Assembly: GCF_036971445.1 (NCBI RefSeq)
Contig: NC_091476.1
Location: 23,374,001 to 23,438,000 of the forward strand
From: Narcine bancroftii
Taxonomy: Eukaryota
Reading direction: 5' to 3'
DNA: 64,000 nucleotides
Part shown: piece by piece, positions 25,631 to 37,972 of the stretch
Position numbering within the stretch: position 1 is the first letter of the stretch
Layout of the letters: the number at the start of each line of letters is the position of its first letter
Position numbers and translations under genes: made by a program
Notes under the pieces: generated by a model
What the model saw: only the letters and a program-made list of their open reading frames with translations
What the model was told of the DNA's origin: nothing
Database searches by the model: none

Positions 25631-27399
25631 GGTTCAAAATGAATTAAATTCAATATCGTCTGGAAACCTGCTGCATGCTTGGACACAAAATGAATGCCAT
25701 TCCTCAAGATGAAGAGAATTGTGTCTTATAACAGTGCAGGAAGCTAGATTTCAGATTTATTGTCCGAATAAATTCTTGATGTCCCATACAATCCTGAGAT
25801 TCTTTTTTTCCTGCAGGTGAGGCAAATTTCTAGTTATTGGTAGTGCACAAAAAACTGCCAACAAATAAGAAATGTAATCAAACTGTGCAATGGGGGGGGT
25901 GATCAATAAAGTGCAAAAGTAAGAGTCCTTAAATGAACCCGATTTGAATTTGTTGTTGAGGAGCCGGATGGTGGAGGGATGGCAGCTGTTCCTGAATCTG
26001 TGGATGCAAGGCTTGTGGCACCTAGACCTTCTTTCCTGATGGCAGCACTGAGAACAGAGCGTGTGCTGAGTGGTGTGATTCCATGATGATTGTTGCAACT
26101 CTCTTGATGGTGGTGTGGTGGGAGGGATTTGCATGTGATGTCCTAGGCTGTGTCTACTATCTTGGGATGTTGGTGTCCCTGTGATGCAGCTGGTCAGCAC
26201 ACTTTCCACCACACATTTGTTGAAATTTTCCAGTTTCTGGTGTCCTATGAAACATCAGCAAACTCCTGAGCAAATAGAGGTGCTTTCCTCATGATGGCAT
26301 TGGGCTATAGAGCAATAGTTCAGAGAGGGAAAAAAAAACTGGAGTGATAGGTATCGGGAAGTTCAAGGTTACTTTTGCAGAGTGAATTCAGATGATCAGC
26401 CATGCTTTCAGCACTTGTTTGTTTTTCATTGAGAAGACTGCATTGAGAATCTTGCATGCAAGATTGTGAGAAGTTGATTATTTCCAAGTTTGGATCCCAG
26501 ATGGTGGGAAAGGAAAAGGTCCAGTGTTGTATCTCCTTCAGAAAGTGATTTGTGGAAACAGAAGAACCAACATAAAAGTCACAAGAGGGAATGATGGGAG
26601 GGGAAGATGGGTCCCTAATTGTAAATGATTGGTTGGCTGACAAGTGTAAACACAATCATCATCCACTGACATGTTATCTCCTACAACATATTGCCAATTA
26701 AAGTTCAACACCTGATTAAACCATGCCAGAAAACAACTTTGCCTAATATACTTTATTACAATTCATTATATAGTTTGGAAAAAAATAATCTTTTCAGTTG
26801 TACAACTTGTGCTCTTTTTCTAAAAAAAATAGTTAACTGACTTGTTTAACTAAAGGTCATATTACTAAACTTTCTACAAAATTTCAAACAAAATTCATTA
26901 ATTTTTTAATTACACATTTAAGTGTAATTTCACAACTTCCAAGTCTATTACTTGTATTCAAATATTACTCATTCTGGATGAATCTGTCCAGCTTTCAATC
27001 TGGTAGAATTCTTGAGTTGTACTACAAGATGTATATCAGACTCGTGAATGGTTATTCACTAGAGCTATCAGCCTCTGAAGGTACTTTTTTTGTATACTAC
27101 TTTGAAATCCTCTTGGACATTGCATTAGTTTTATGACCAATTGTATGGTTATAAATCCATTACTTAGATGTTCAATTTCTTCTAACTTTCATAATTAATT
27201 TGTCCAGGTAAACAAAAAAATCTACAGACACTAGTGTCTAGTGAGATACTGGAGAAATAGCAGGACACGCTAAGATCTGATGTTTTGTCCTTGAGCCTTT
27301 CAGATCTCTACAATTATCAGAGTTTAAAGTTGTACAATTTACCAGATTGTCCCAAGAACACAGCCCAAAATGTTTGTCTACATCAAAATTTCCTTTTCT

Positions 27400-27980
27400 G
27401 CTTCCGTTTTTTTTGCCGATGACACCACAGTTGTTGACAGAATCACAGACGTCAATGAGGAAGTGGATAGAAGTAAGATGGATCAGCTAGTTGAAAGGTG
27501 TCACAACACCACCTTGCACTCAACATTAGCAAAACCAAGGAGATAATTGTGGACTTCAGGAGGGGTCTGCAATGGAGAGGGTCAGAACTTCAAATTCCTG
27601 GTGTCAACATTTTGGTGGATCTGTCACTGAACACTCAAACTTCTACAGTTGTACCTTGAAGAGCATTCTGTCTGGCTCCATCACTGTCTGGTTTGGAGAC
27701 GCCAATGCATAGGACGGGAAAAGACTGCAGAGGGTTGTTAAATTGACCTGCGACATCATGGCCACCAGTCTTCACTCCATTCAGGACATCTGCTAGATGT
27801 GACATCTTGAGAGGGCAGCCTCTATCCTCCAGGACCCCCACTACCCAGGCTATGCCTTCTTCACTCTGCTACAATCAGAAAAAAGGTACAGAGGCCTGAA
27901 GACAAGCACTCAGTTACACAAAACAGCTTCATTCCTTCATCCATCAGATTTCTGAATGAACAATGAGCCACAGACACTAC
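27400..27980 (+). mobile_element. Rex1/Babar-like LINE 3' fragment; family copies also at about 110-870, 3320-3510 plus 5312-5410(-), 5430-5810, 25740-26300(-), 40200-40950, 44380-44730, 54530-54760(-), 56170-56760(-) and 57990-58250(-)
   Basis: FADDTTVV, KTKEIIVDFR, ESIL..ITVWFG, L..V...A..I, P....F.LL.S..RYR and SF.P..IR remnants. The clade assignment is from recall. Confidence 0.7.
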
Positions 27981-29364
27981 CTGGTTTTATTTTTCTGCTT
28001 CCAATTCTTCTACTTTCCTGATTGTCCACATTTTTTTTTTGCACCAATATTTGATGGAATCTTAGTTGATAAAATACCTTTTAGAAATCTTCATATAGCT
28101 CATCGACGCTTTCCTTCATGCACAGGATGTGTAAATCGGACAAACGTGATTTCACAAAGCCATGTTGAGTTTGTATGATCACTCAGATTTTCAGTTTCTG
28201 TTTATAACATGTTAATTTTGAGCAATTTCTCTATGGAAGACATGAGACTAACTGAAGTATTCCAAGATTCCAAAAAAAAAAAAAAATTTACAAAAAAAAC
28301 CAAAATGACAATGCTGCCCAAGCTGCTGTAATGTCATTGTTGCCACTGATGCAGACCAAGGAGAGCAGGGAGAGAAAGCACTCCCCAAAGGGTCCTACTG
28401 GCATTGGGATTCTACAGGTTTTAAACAGCCTGTTAAAGAAGCCAACAGTGTTTTATTTAAAATCCTGCAACTGCGAGAACTGGGCCCAAGATGGTGTGCC
28501 TGTGTATGGCAGGGGCTATGAGGGGTTGCAGACTTTGTAGGAGCAGTGGACTGGCACAGTGCAACAGTAACAGGAAGAACACCTCCTACTTATAAGAGGA
28601 AAGATGGTGACCACAGTGGCAAGGGGCTCTGTGGCTGAACGACATACACAGGCTGTTGACAACTTGGCTGTTGGTGACTTCAGACTGCATGCTGATGGAG
28701 ACTGACTTATGAGGACCAGGTACTGGAACTAGAATTCAAGAGGGTGCTGGGGAGAAAGGACTCTGAAGGCTCTGGGTGCTGAAGGCTTCTTCATTGTGTC
28801 AGAGGTCTGGATTGCCAAATTATTTGAACTGGAGACTTGTGCGGCTGCAGATGCTGCAGGAGTGCTTGAGGCAAATCCATGGATACTCAGTGCCTTGGTG
28901 GGGTGGGGGGGGGGGGCTTTCTTTTGCTTCTCTTTGACTGCAAGGGGCACTGGCAATGCTAATGGCAGACAAAAGGAAAAACTGTATAGAACATTTCTGT
29001 TTTCTTACATGACCTTAAAAGAATCTTGAATCTTAAATATATAGTAAGCCTATTGTCTCCTGCTTGCTTTCTTCCACCCTTTTGAATAAACGAGTTATAG
29101 TTAACATTTTCACATTTAATGGAAATTTTGGAAAATACATCAATTATCTCACTGGCCAACTCTTTTAAGATGGCCATCAAGAAATGAAACATTAAAAACA
29201 ACATTGGAGAAAACCAACAGGTCAAACAATGTACTTTATAAAGAAAAAAGATAAATAAAGATATATCTTTATTAGAACCAAAGATTCACAGTGCAGTATT
29301 TCAGCCCTTCTAGTCTGGGCTGAACCTTTTTTTCCCCCGTCCCACTGACTCGCACCCAGCCCAT

Positions 29365-29772
29365 CGCTCCCCATCCACCTCTATCCACCCACCTCGCTCC
29401 CCATCCACCTCTATCCACCCACCTCGCTCCCCATCCACCTCTATCCACCCACCTCGCTCCCCATCCACCTCTATCCACCCACCTCGCTCCCCATCCACCT
29501 CTATCCACCCACCTCGCTCCCCATCCACCTCTATCCACCCACCTCGCTCCCCATCCACCTCTATCCACCCACCTCGCTCCCCATCCACCTCTATCCACCC
29601 ACCTCGCTCCCCATCCACCTCTATCCACCCACCTCGCTCCCCATCCACCTCTATCCACCCACCTCGCTCCCCATCCACCTCTATCCACCCACCTCGCTCT
29701 CCATCCACCTCTATCCACCCACCTCGCTCCCCATCCACCTCTATCCACCCACCTCGCTCCCCATCCACCTCT
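29365..29772. repeat. 30-bp minisatellite CGCTCCCCATCCACCTCTATCCACCCACCT, about 13.5 copies
   Basis: Directly visible, near-perfect array. Confidence 0.97.
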
Positions 29773-29821
29773 CTCTCTCTCTCAAATCCACTATTTGATC
29801 TGCTGAGCTTCTCCACCATTC

Positions 29822-30358
29822 TGTAAGGGATACTGGAATGTGAGGAGTCAAGCAAGTGCTAATTAAGAATGAAGTATTATGGGTTAACTTAAGGTGAAGG
29901 GATACTGGAATGTGAGGTGTCAAGCAAGTGCTCATTAGAAACGAAGAATGGGTTAAATCAGGGTGAAGGGATGCTGGAATGGGAAGAAGGGTTATAAAAG
30001 TATAATAAAATAAGGATCTTCAAAACAGGATAGCAAGTAGCAAGTCTTGGGGATTGATTAATGAGTAAAGAACAAAGACATGATATTTCCTGGCTAACAA
30101 GTTTGCAGGACGGCACATAAACTGATAGGAAGTTAGAATCCACGTGGGCAGAATTACCTAGTGCTAAACCAATCCAGGAGGCAGAATGTTAGGGGGAAGG
30201 TATCTCTGAAATGAAATGCATAAAAGTTGGGTCAGCCTCAGTATTCCCAGGGTAAGGGGAAGCACCCAACTTTGCATTGTTGTCATAGTATAATAAAAGT
30301 TCTTTGTTCTCAATTTTTGTCTCGAGTAAATTCTGTGAAGGTACTTCTGTTTCTCACA
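29822..30358 (+). mobile_element. Solo LTR (537 bp, TG...CA, 4-bp TSD ATTC)
   Basis: Begins TGTAAG and ends CTCACA. ATTC lies at 29818-29821 and 30359-30362. It contains internal repeats of about 70 bp, TATAAAA at about 29994 and AATAAA at about 30293. Confidence 0.8.
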
Positions 30359-30764
30359 ATTCTCCTTTTAACTTCAATCACGTTGTCCGCAGACATTCCA
30401 TGAGCTCTGCTTCTCCTTGCACAGATACTGCCTGAGCTTCCGCGCCGCCAGCTTCCGACCCCCAGCATCAGTGGGGGCTTTTGTTCTGCTTTCAGGGCAC
30501 TTCAGGCATCATCTGAGGTTTGCTTTTAGTTTCTATTCACTCCGGGTTCTGTGAAGGTTGGAACAGGTTGCAACTGATTCTTCACGCTGCATTTTAAATG
30601 AAAACTCTGGGGAGCACGTAGCATTTAAAAAAAATAGGTAAGTCCCCTTTTGCACCCGTCAGCCATTGCTGTGGGACTACAGAGTTTCTCACCGATAGTA
30701 GATCATGAGGCCACAAAGCAGCGACCCCTTCCGAAACCCACGACCGGCTCACTCCTTGAAGACC

Positions 30765-30870
30765 AGACTGCGCACGCGCGCAGAACCAGCCCGTCCTCGG
30801 ACGCAGGCGCGCAGAACCAGCCCGTCCTCGGCCGCACGCGCATGCGCATTCCTGGCGCCTGATTGGTCGT
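30765..30870 (+). promoter_or_regulatory. MARS2 CpG-island promoter with NRF1 site(s) and an inverted CCAAT box
   Basis: GCGCATGCGC at 30838-30847, NRF1-like TGCGCACGCGC at about 30769, ATTGG at 30862. NRF1 is an established regulator of nuclear-encoded mitochondrial genes. Confidence 0.7.
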
Positions 30871-30878
30871 TGGCAGGC

Positions 30879-33800
30879 ATGCGCGTCGAGGATCTGCTCC
30901 CGGAGCGCGGCCGACTCCTGCGCCGAATGTGGGCTTCCGTGTCCCTCTCCCGCCGGTGGAGGGCCGGAAACCGTCTCCGGCCGGCGGCCCAAAGCGGGTC
31001 GTCCTCCGGATGTCGTTCGGCCCCATGCCAGGCCTGCGGAAGCCGACGACGCTCCGGGCCGGCGGCAGCTCCCAGCCCCAATGCTTCCTTCATTACGACT
31101 CCCATTTTCTACGTCAATGCGCCTCCTCACATCGGGCACTTGTCCTCGGCCGTGTTGGCCGACGCCTTGTATCGTTGCAAGGTCTTACTGGGCACCGAAG
31201 CAAAGTTCACAACAGGTACTGGACAATGAACGGCGAACGCAGCTCTCACCCGCATCTCCAGCCCCCAGACGCCACGAACCCTGATCCTCACCCACCAGCC
31301 TCCGCATCCAACACGATCCCACAGCCAGGCATAGCCTTCCATAGGGACCGCTCCCACCCTGATTCTCTCGTGTGCCCACCCATCGCACCTTCCCCTATGG
31401 CCACAGGACTTGCACCCACACCCCCTCCCTCACCTCGGACCGGGGCCCCAAACAGGCCTTTCAAGTGAAGCCACACTTGACTTGTGCATCCGCAGAACTA
31501 ATTTCCTGCATCCGGTGCTGCCTCTGTGGCCTTCTCGACATCGGAGAGACTGGGAGATCACCTTCACTCCGTCTGCAGAGACCACCCAGTAGCCAGTTCT
31601 GGGTCACACTCCCACACTCACGTCTGTCCATGTCCATGGCCTCACCCGCAAATTGGAGGAACAACACCAGATTTTCCATCTGGGCATTAACATTGGCTTT
31701 TCTGGTTTCTGCTAACCTGTTCTCCCCCATCCCCCCCCCCCGCCCCCCATTCCCTTCCCCTTTCCAATTCTCCTCCCTCCCTTCCCCTCCCATCACCGAG
31801 CCATCCCTTCTTTCTTTGATCGCTGCTGACTCTCCCTCCCTCCCTCCCTTCTCCACCTATCACCTCCAGCCCTCTTCCCACTTTTTTGTTTGGATCGATG
31901 CCAGCTGACATTTCTCCATACCTTGGTGAAGGACTCAACCCTGAAATGTCAGTAATGTATTTTTACCTTTGCCATATAAAGGACACTGCTTGACCTGCTG
32001 AGTTTCTCCAGCTTTGTGTTTTTACTATAGAAACAGTTCTTGAGACAGGCCCAAACCCTGTCACTGGAAAGACTAATTATCCAAAAATCCAGTTCAATCA
32101 AGTTATTTAAGTATGGCAATAAATATAAAAGTAAAATATTTGCATCTCCTTATTGATGTGATTACTCTTTGTCATGTTTCATATCAATGACAACTCAAAC
32201 TGAAAGAAAACTGCCGATGCTGGAACTCTGAAGGAAAAATGCTAGTCCTGGAGAAGGGTTAGGTATTGCTTCAGATCTAATCTGCTGAGTGTTTTAAACC
32301 TTTTCTATTTTTTCCTACATAGAACATTTACATGGCTAAGATAAAGAGTTCAGTAAATGTGTGTTTTTAAAAACCTCCAAGCCATTGTAATGCAGTCAAC
32401 TACACCACAAGTCCTTTCTCATTTGATTGAAATATGTATGTATTTGTTGTCAGATTTTGTTGCATAACACAGTGCCTTCTTTTATTTCAGGGACGGATGA
32501 GCATGGCCTCAAAATTCAACAAGCTGCAGATGCTACAGCTAAGAACCCATTGGACCTCTGTGCCAGTGTATCTGAGGAGTTCAGGAAATTGTTCCACAAA
32601 TCCCAAGTTTCATACACAGATTACATTCGAACTACAGAGGAGCGTCACAAAACCGCTGTCCAACATTTTTGGTGTGTTTTGCGTGAAAACGGTTACCTTT
32701 ACCAAGCAACATATGAGGGATGGTATTCTATTCCAGATGAGACTTTCCTTTCTGATTCACAAGTTTTAGAAAGAAGAGACATTCATGGGAACTTTATTAA
32801 AGTATCTTTGGAAAGTGGTCACAAGGTAATCATGTGCCTGACATTGTGTTGGTGACTGTAATCAACTATATAACGTTAATTGAACCATTAGATGGTATTA
32901 TTACAATTTGCATGTTAATGAAAAAGATCAGTAGGTGTATTTGTTCATTGTGCCATATCTGAATTTTTCATAAGTGAAAAGATTTATTTAATATGTAATA
33001 AAAATACATTTGTCGCAGAGCAGATATGGAGGAAGTTAATGTTTCAGATACATTAGCACTGTGAGTGATAAATATTGCAGTACATTGACATGAAACATTC
33101 TTTTTTTTCTTTCTCTTCTTATATTCTGCCTGACCTGCAAAATAATTTCAGCATTTTTATTTTAGATTCCTTCCAACTGTGATATTTTGTTCAATTGAAA
33201 ACTGCTTTGGCTTATAGTGTTGACTCAAGGTTGAAAGAAAATTGATTTTTTTCTATTAACATTTAGTGATGTGACTTGCAAATTAAGTCTGCTGAAATTG
33301 ACTTCTCTCCGTATTCATCTCCTGCTGAACCTTGATTCAACCCTAAAAGATCACGTTCCACTCTTATCAAGGTATTATCAGTGTTCCATTTGGCACAGCG
33401 ACATTCCCAATAATAGTTTCGCTCTTTTTAGTATTTTTCACTTTGTAAGTATATTATACTTCATGCTTCACATTGAGTGATAGACTTGTTGCACACTGCA
33501 GCTTTCATCTGGAGAAAACTGATGCTCTCATTGTACTTTGGATTATTCTAACTTTTATTTTTAACCAACAGGTAGAATGGACTAAAGAAGAAAATTACAT
33601 GTTCAAACTGTCAGAGTTTACACCAAATTTGTTAGAGTGGTTAAAGAAGAATCCACAAGTAATACGTCCTGAAAAATTCCACCACATTGTTCTCCGTTGG
33701 TTGCAGAAAGAAATTCCAGATCTATCAGTGTCACGACAAAGGAGTCGTTTGAAGTGGGGCATTCCAGTTCCTCAAGATCCAACGCAAACAATTTACGTGT

Positions 33801-34777
33801 GGTTGGATGCTTTAGTTAATTATTTGACTGTAGCAGGTTATCCAAAGAATCAAAATCTGCCTGCATTTCACCACATTATTGGGAAGGATATTCTCAAGTT
33901 TCATGCTATATATTGGCCTGCTTTCCTGATAGCAGCTGGCATGCAGTTACCAAAACACATCTATGTTCATTCACATTGGACAGTCAATGGCCAGAAGATG
34001 TCCAAGAGCCTTGGAAATGTTGTTGATCCCATGGAAAGAATTTCTGTATACACTGCTGATGGCTTCAGATATTTTTTGCTGCGCCAAGGTGTGCCAGATT
34101 CAGACTGTGACTATTATGACGATAAAGTTGTGAAAGTTCTAAATGCAGAGCTTGCAGATGCATTGGGAGGTCTCCTTAACCGCTGTACAGGCACAAGCCT
34201 GAATCCTAATCAAATCTACTCTATGTTTTCAAATCACTGTTTTCCTGAAAGGCATCCTGAAGACAACAGGCCCCTCATAAGCAGAGCAACAGCTGAAGAT
34301 TACAAAATGATTCAGTTGGTTGAGCAACTACCCTTGAACGTTAAGGACTACTTTGAAAATTTACAAATTTACAAAGCCTTAGAAGCCATTCAATTTTGTG
34401 TTCGGTTAACAAATGGTTTTTTCCAGAGGCACACTCCATGGAAACTTGACCGGAAAATTGCTGAAGAATGTTGCTGGCTAGAAACTATACTTCACATCAC
34501 TTTGGAGTGCCTCCGTGTTTATGGAATCTTACTGCAGCCAGTAGTCCCAACAATTGCAAATCAACTGCTTTCACGTATAGCTATTGGCCCACATGAACGA
34601 GACTGGGGAGATTTGAACTTCTTGGCCAGATACCATAATAATATTTGCATTTTTGAAGGAAGAAAATTAGGCCCTGATACAGGATTCCTGTTTAATAGAT
34701 TAGAAAGGACAGAAAAAGTACCAAGCAAAACTCGAGGCAATCAGAGGAAGTTGAATATGCAGCATATTCTGAAATAA
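30879..34777 (+). CDS. MARS2: Mitochondrial methionine--tRNA ligase, about 625 aa; join(30879..31215,32491..32825,33572..34777); alternative in-frame ATG at 30927
   Basis: Arg/Ser-rich N-terminus resembling a mitochondrial transit peptide, then [17 protein letters not shown] (HIGH motif), GTDEHG across the exon 1/2 junction, [16 protein letters not shown] and KMSKSLGN. Splice sites are GT-AG with matching phases. Confidence 0.94.
31230..32025 (+). mobile_element. Degenerate Penelope-like element in MARS2 intron 1
   Basis: [33 protein letters not shown] (GIY-YIG remnant) and a pLTR end GACCTGCTGAGTTTCTCCAGC. Confidence 0.85.
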
Positions 34778-35134
34778 ATTTGAGATGATAAATTACTCAG
34801 AGTTCTACGCGATTAATGTCCTGAAGATATTGTATGTATATTAAACAATAATTGTCATGTAAAATTGATGGTACTATATATTTTACCTGCCATTTATAAA
34901 TCTCTTTAGCCACATATTTAGCTGCATTAACTTCCTATTTCTAGCCTTATTAATGCATGACACTCCTGAGATTGCAACTCTGGAGGTCCTGTCCTTCAAC
35001 TATGCACCTAACTCTTTGCAAGACCTCCTCATTGATACCTACATGGACCACGACATCTGGCTGCTCACCCTCCCTCCTGAGAATACTAAGAACTTCATCC
35101 AAGATATCACGGACCCTGGCATCAGGGAGGCTAG

Positions 35135-37500
35135 AATTAAATTGAGAATTTCTCTTAATTTGTTCATAATTCTCACCTGTAAATGGCATAACTTCACTCT
35201 TAACCCAATTGACTTTATAACCCAATATAATCCCAAAATCTTCCAATTTAGGCTGCAAGTTTTGAAATGAATTAATTGGTTCTGTCAGATATATCAGAAC
35301 ATCATCAGTAAATACATTGATTTTATGTTCTTCCTAATTGATCCTGAAACCCTTTATGTCTGAATCTAGACGAATAGATGCTGTAAACGGTTCAATAGCC
35401 ATCCTCAACATTCATTGGAGCGCTTTCATCCCTAACGTCGAAGTACTCGAGATGGCAGAGGTCGACAGCATCGAGTCCACGCTGCTGAAGATCCAGCTGC
35501 GCTGGGTGGGTCACATCTCCAGAATGGAGGACCATCGCCTTCCCAAGATCGTGTTATATGGCGAGCTCTCCACTGGCCACCGTGACAGGTGCACCAAAGA
35601 AAAGGTACAAGGACTGCCTAAAGAAATCTCTTGGTGCCTCCCACATTGACCACCGCCAGTGGGCTGATATCGCATCAAACCGTGCATCTTGGCACCTCAC
35701 AGTTCGGCGGGCAGCAACCTCCTTTGAAGAAGACCGCAGAGCCCACCTCACTGACAAAAGGCAAAGGAGGAAAAACCCAACACCCAACCCCAACCAACCA
35801 ATTTACCGCTGCAACCGTGTCTACCTGTCCCGCATTGGACTTGTCAGCCACAAACGAGCCTGCAGCTGACGTGGACATTTACCCCCTCCATAAATCTTCG
35901 TCCGCGAAGCCAAGCCAAAGAGAAGAGCCAGGAGTAAAAGAACTGGAGATAATGGACAACCTTGTCTGCTAAATCTGGGCAGTGGGAATGTGGATGAAAT
36001 TTGACGATTAGTTATTAGGATCAAAATATAGAGCTCTAACCCAATTAATAAATGTTTGTCCTCATCCAAATTTTTTCCAGCATTTTAAATAAAAACTCCC
36101 ACTCCAGTCTGTCAAAGGCTTTCTCCACATCTAGAACCATGACGACACTCAAGTCATCTCTTTTTTGTGCCAGATGTATAATACTAAGTAATCTGCATAC
36201 AATGCCCACCGATTGCCTCCCTTGCACAAAGTCAGTTTGATCAGCATTTATTAATTTAGGCAAAGAAGTTTCCAATCTATTTGCCAACGCTTTGGCAATA
36301 ATCTTATTCAAAAGTGATATGGACCTATAAGATGATGGTTTCAATGGATCCCTATCTTTCTTGGGAATCACAGTAATAACCGCTGTCAAAAAGGACTCTA
36401 GGAGAGCATGGGTTCCCACTCCATAACAGGTATTAATAAATCTTTAAATTCTTTATAAAATTCTGGTGAAAATCCATCCTTTCCTAGGGATTTATTAATT
36501 TGCAAGGAGACCAACATTTCCCCTATATCAATTTGAGTAAAGAGAGCATTTAACCCCTCCCTTTCTTATAAATTTAAATTTTGGAGATCCAATTGTGACA
36601 GGAAACTCAATTTTATTCAAATCCCCCACCGAATGAGATTTATATAAATAAACATAAAATTGCTTGAAAGCTTAATTTATTTCCTCCTGTCCAAATCTAG
36701 TTTAATTGGATTTATTGTTCTAGAGGTTTGTTCTGCTTTCAACTGCCAGGAGAGGGCCTTATAGGCTCTTTCCCCTAGCTCATAGCATTTCTGTTTAGAT
36801 CTTGTTATAATTTTTTCCATTTTATATGTATCTATTGTATTATACTTGAGCTTTTTATTAATTAACCATCTATGTTTATCCCACTCATTGAAGGTCCTTT
36901 TCTAAAACTGTAATCTCCTTTTCCAATTCTTCCACTTCCCTTGAGTGCTCTTTTATAATCTCCGAGACATAGCTAATTACTTGACTTCTCAAATATGCTT
37001 TAATGTGTCCCATAGAAGAAGTTTATCCACAGTGGAATTACAGTTGGTCTCACACAATGTTATTTGGGCCTGAATAAAGTTACAAAAATCTGGCCTTTTT
37101 AACAGCAAAATGTATTAAGGCACCATCTATAGACCGTATGCTTCTTAAATGGCATTATCAATAGTCAATACAGTACAAGAGGTGAATGGTCTGATAAGAG
37201 TCTCGCCTCATATTCAGTTTCCTTGATCTTACCGTGTAAATGGGCAGAAACCAAAAATAAATCTATCCTCAAATAGGAGTTATACTGTCTTGAATAGAAA
37301 GAATAATCCCTCTAGGGAGAAGCCTTCTCCAGATATCTTTTAAGTTCAGCTCCTCCATTAACCCCAAGGTAGTTTTTGCTGCCTTTGTCCTAGTATATTT
37401 CCTTCCTGATCTATCCAGAACCAAATCCAAACAGAAATTAAAGTCTCCACTCCACCCACCTGATCATAAGCCAATTTAAAAAAAATATCTCATGAATTTA
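35135..37500 (-). mobile_element. Older degenerate L1 ORF2 (EN to RT) fragment, split by an RTE insertion
   Basis: Minus-strand remnants [34 protein letters not shown] and GDFNF. Confidence 0.85.
35401..35925 (+). mobile_element. RTE-clade LINE 3' fragment inserted into an L1
   Basis: ILNIHWS..QLRWVGHISRMEDHRLPKIVLYGEL and RIGLVSHKRAC. AGCC occurs at both junctions. Confidence 0.9.
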
Positions 37501-37972
37501 TCATTGTCTGAGCACATTAGGGTCCAGGGATCTTATATCTGACAGTACAAGAATCCTGTGGGATCTATATTTACCTCTTGCGGGCCAAGTTTTCATTCTC
37601 CATCCTGTAGGCTGACTCATCCTCTTCCTTTATACAATCCCCTAGCGTGGTATCGCCAATTTGTAGAAGGTGTTATTGTCGAAATGGACTACACAATCGT
37701 AGGTTTGAAGTGAGTAGAGCAGGGAGCGTAAGAATGCGGCCCTGTGGCACCCCGGTACTGATGGAGGTTGTGAAGGAGAAGTTCGCTGATTGTGGTCTGG
37801 AGGTGAGGAAATCCACGATCCAATTACAAATCAAGATTACAGATATTTTGCTTTAGTGATGGTTAGCTAAGTACAAGTCTGGTTGTGACTATAGTATGTG
37901 AAAGAAAATACAAAGGTAGCAAGGAATAGCTCAGCTCTGAAACAACAAGGGATAGGGCGGATAAATAAAATG

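Noticed and set aside
29272-29855. Repetitive 158-aa and 181-aa ORFs
   Set aside because: Products of the 30-bp tandem repeat.
30594-31468. Several overlapping GC-rich ORFs, suggesting a divergent or overlapping gene
   Set aside because: CpG-island stop-codon scarcity. Only the MARS2 frame has recognisable motifs.
33473-33571. N-terminal 33 aa of the 434-aa ORF as a standalone MARS2 start
   Set aside because: It is intronic. It starts at a non-ATG codon, and an acceptor at 33571 joins exon 2 in frame.
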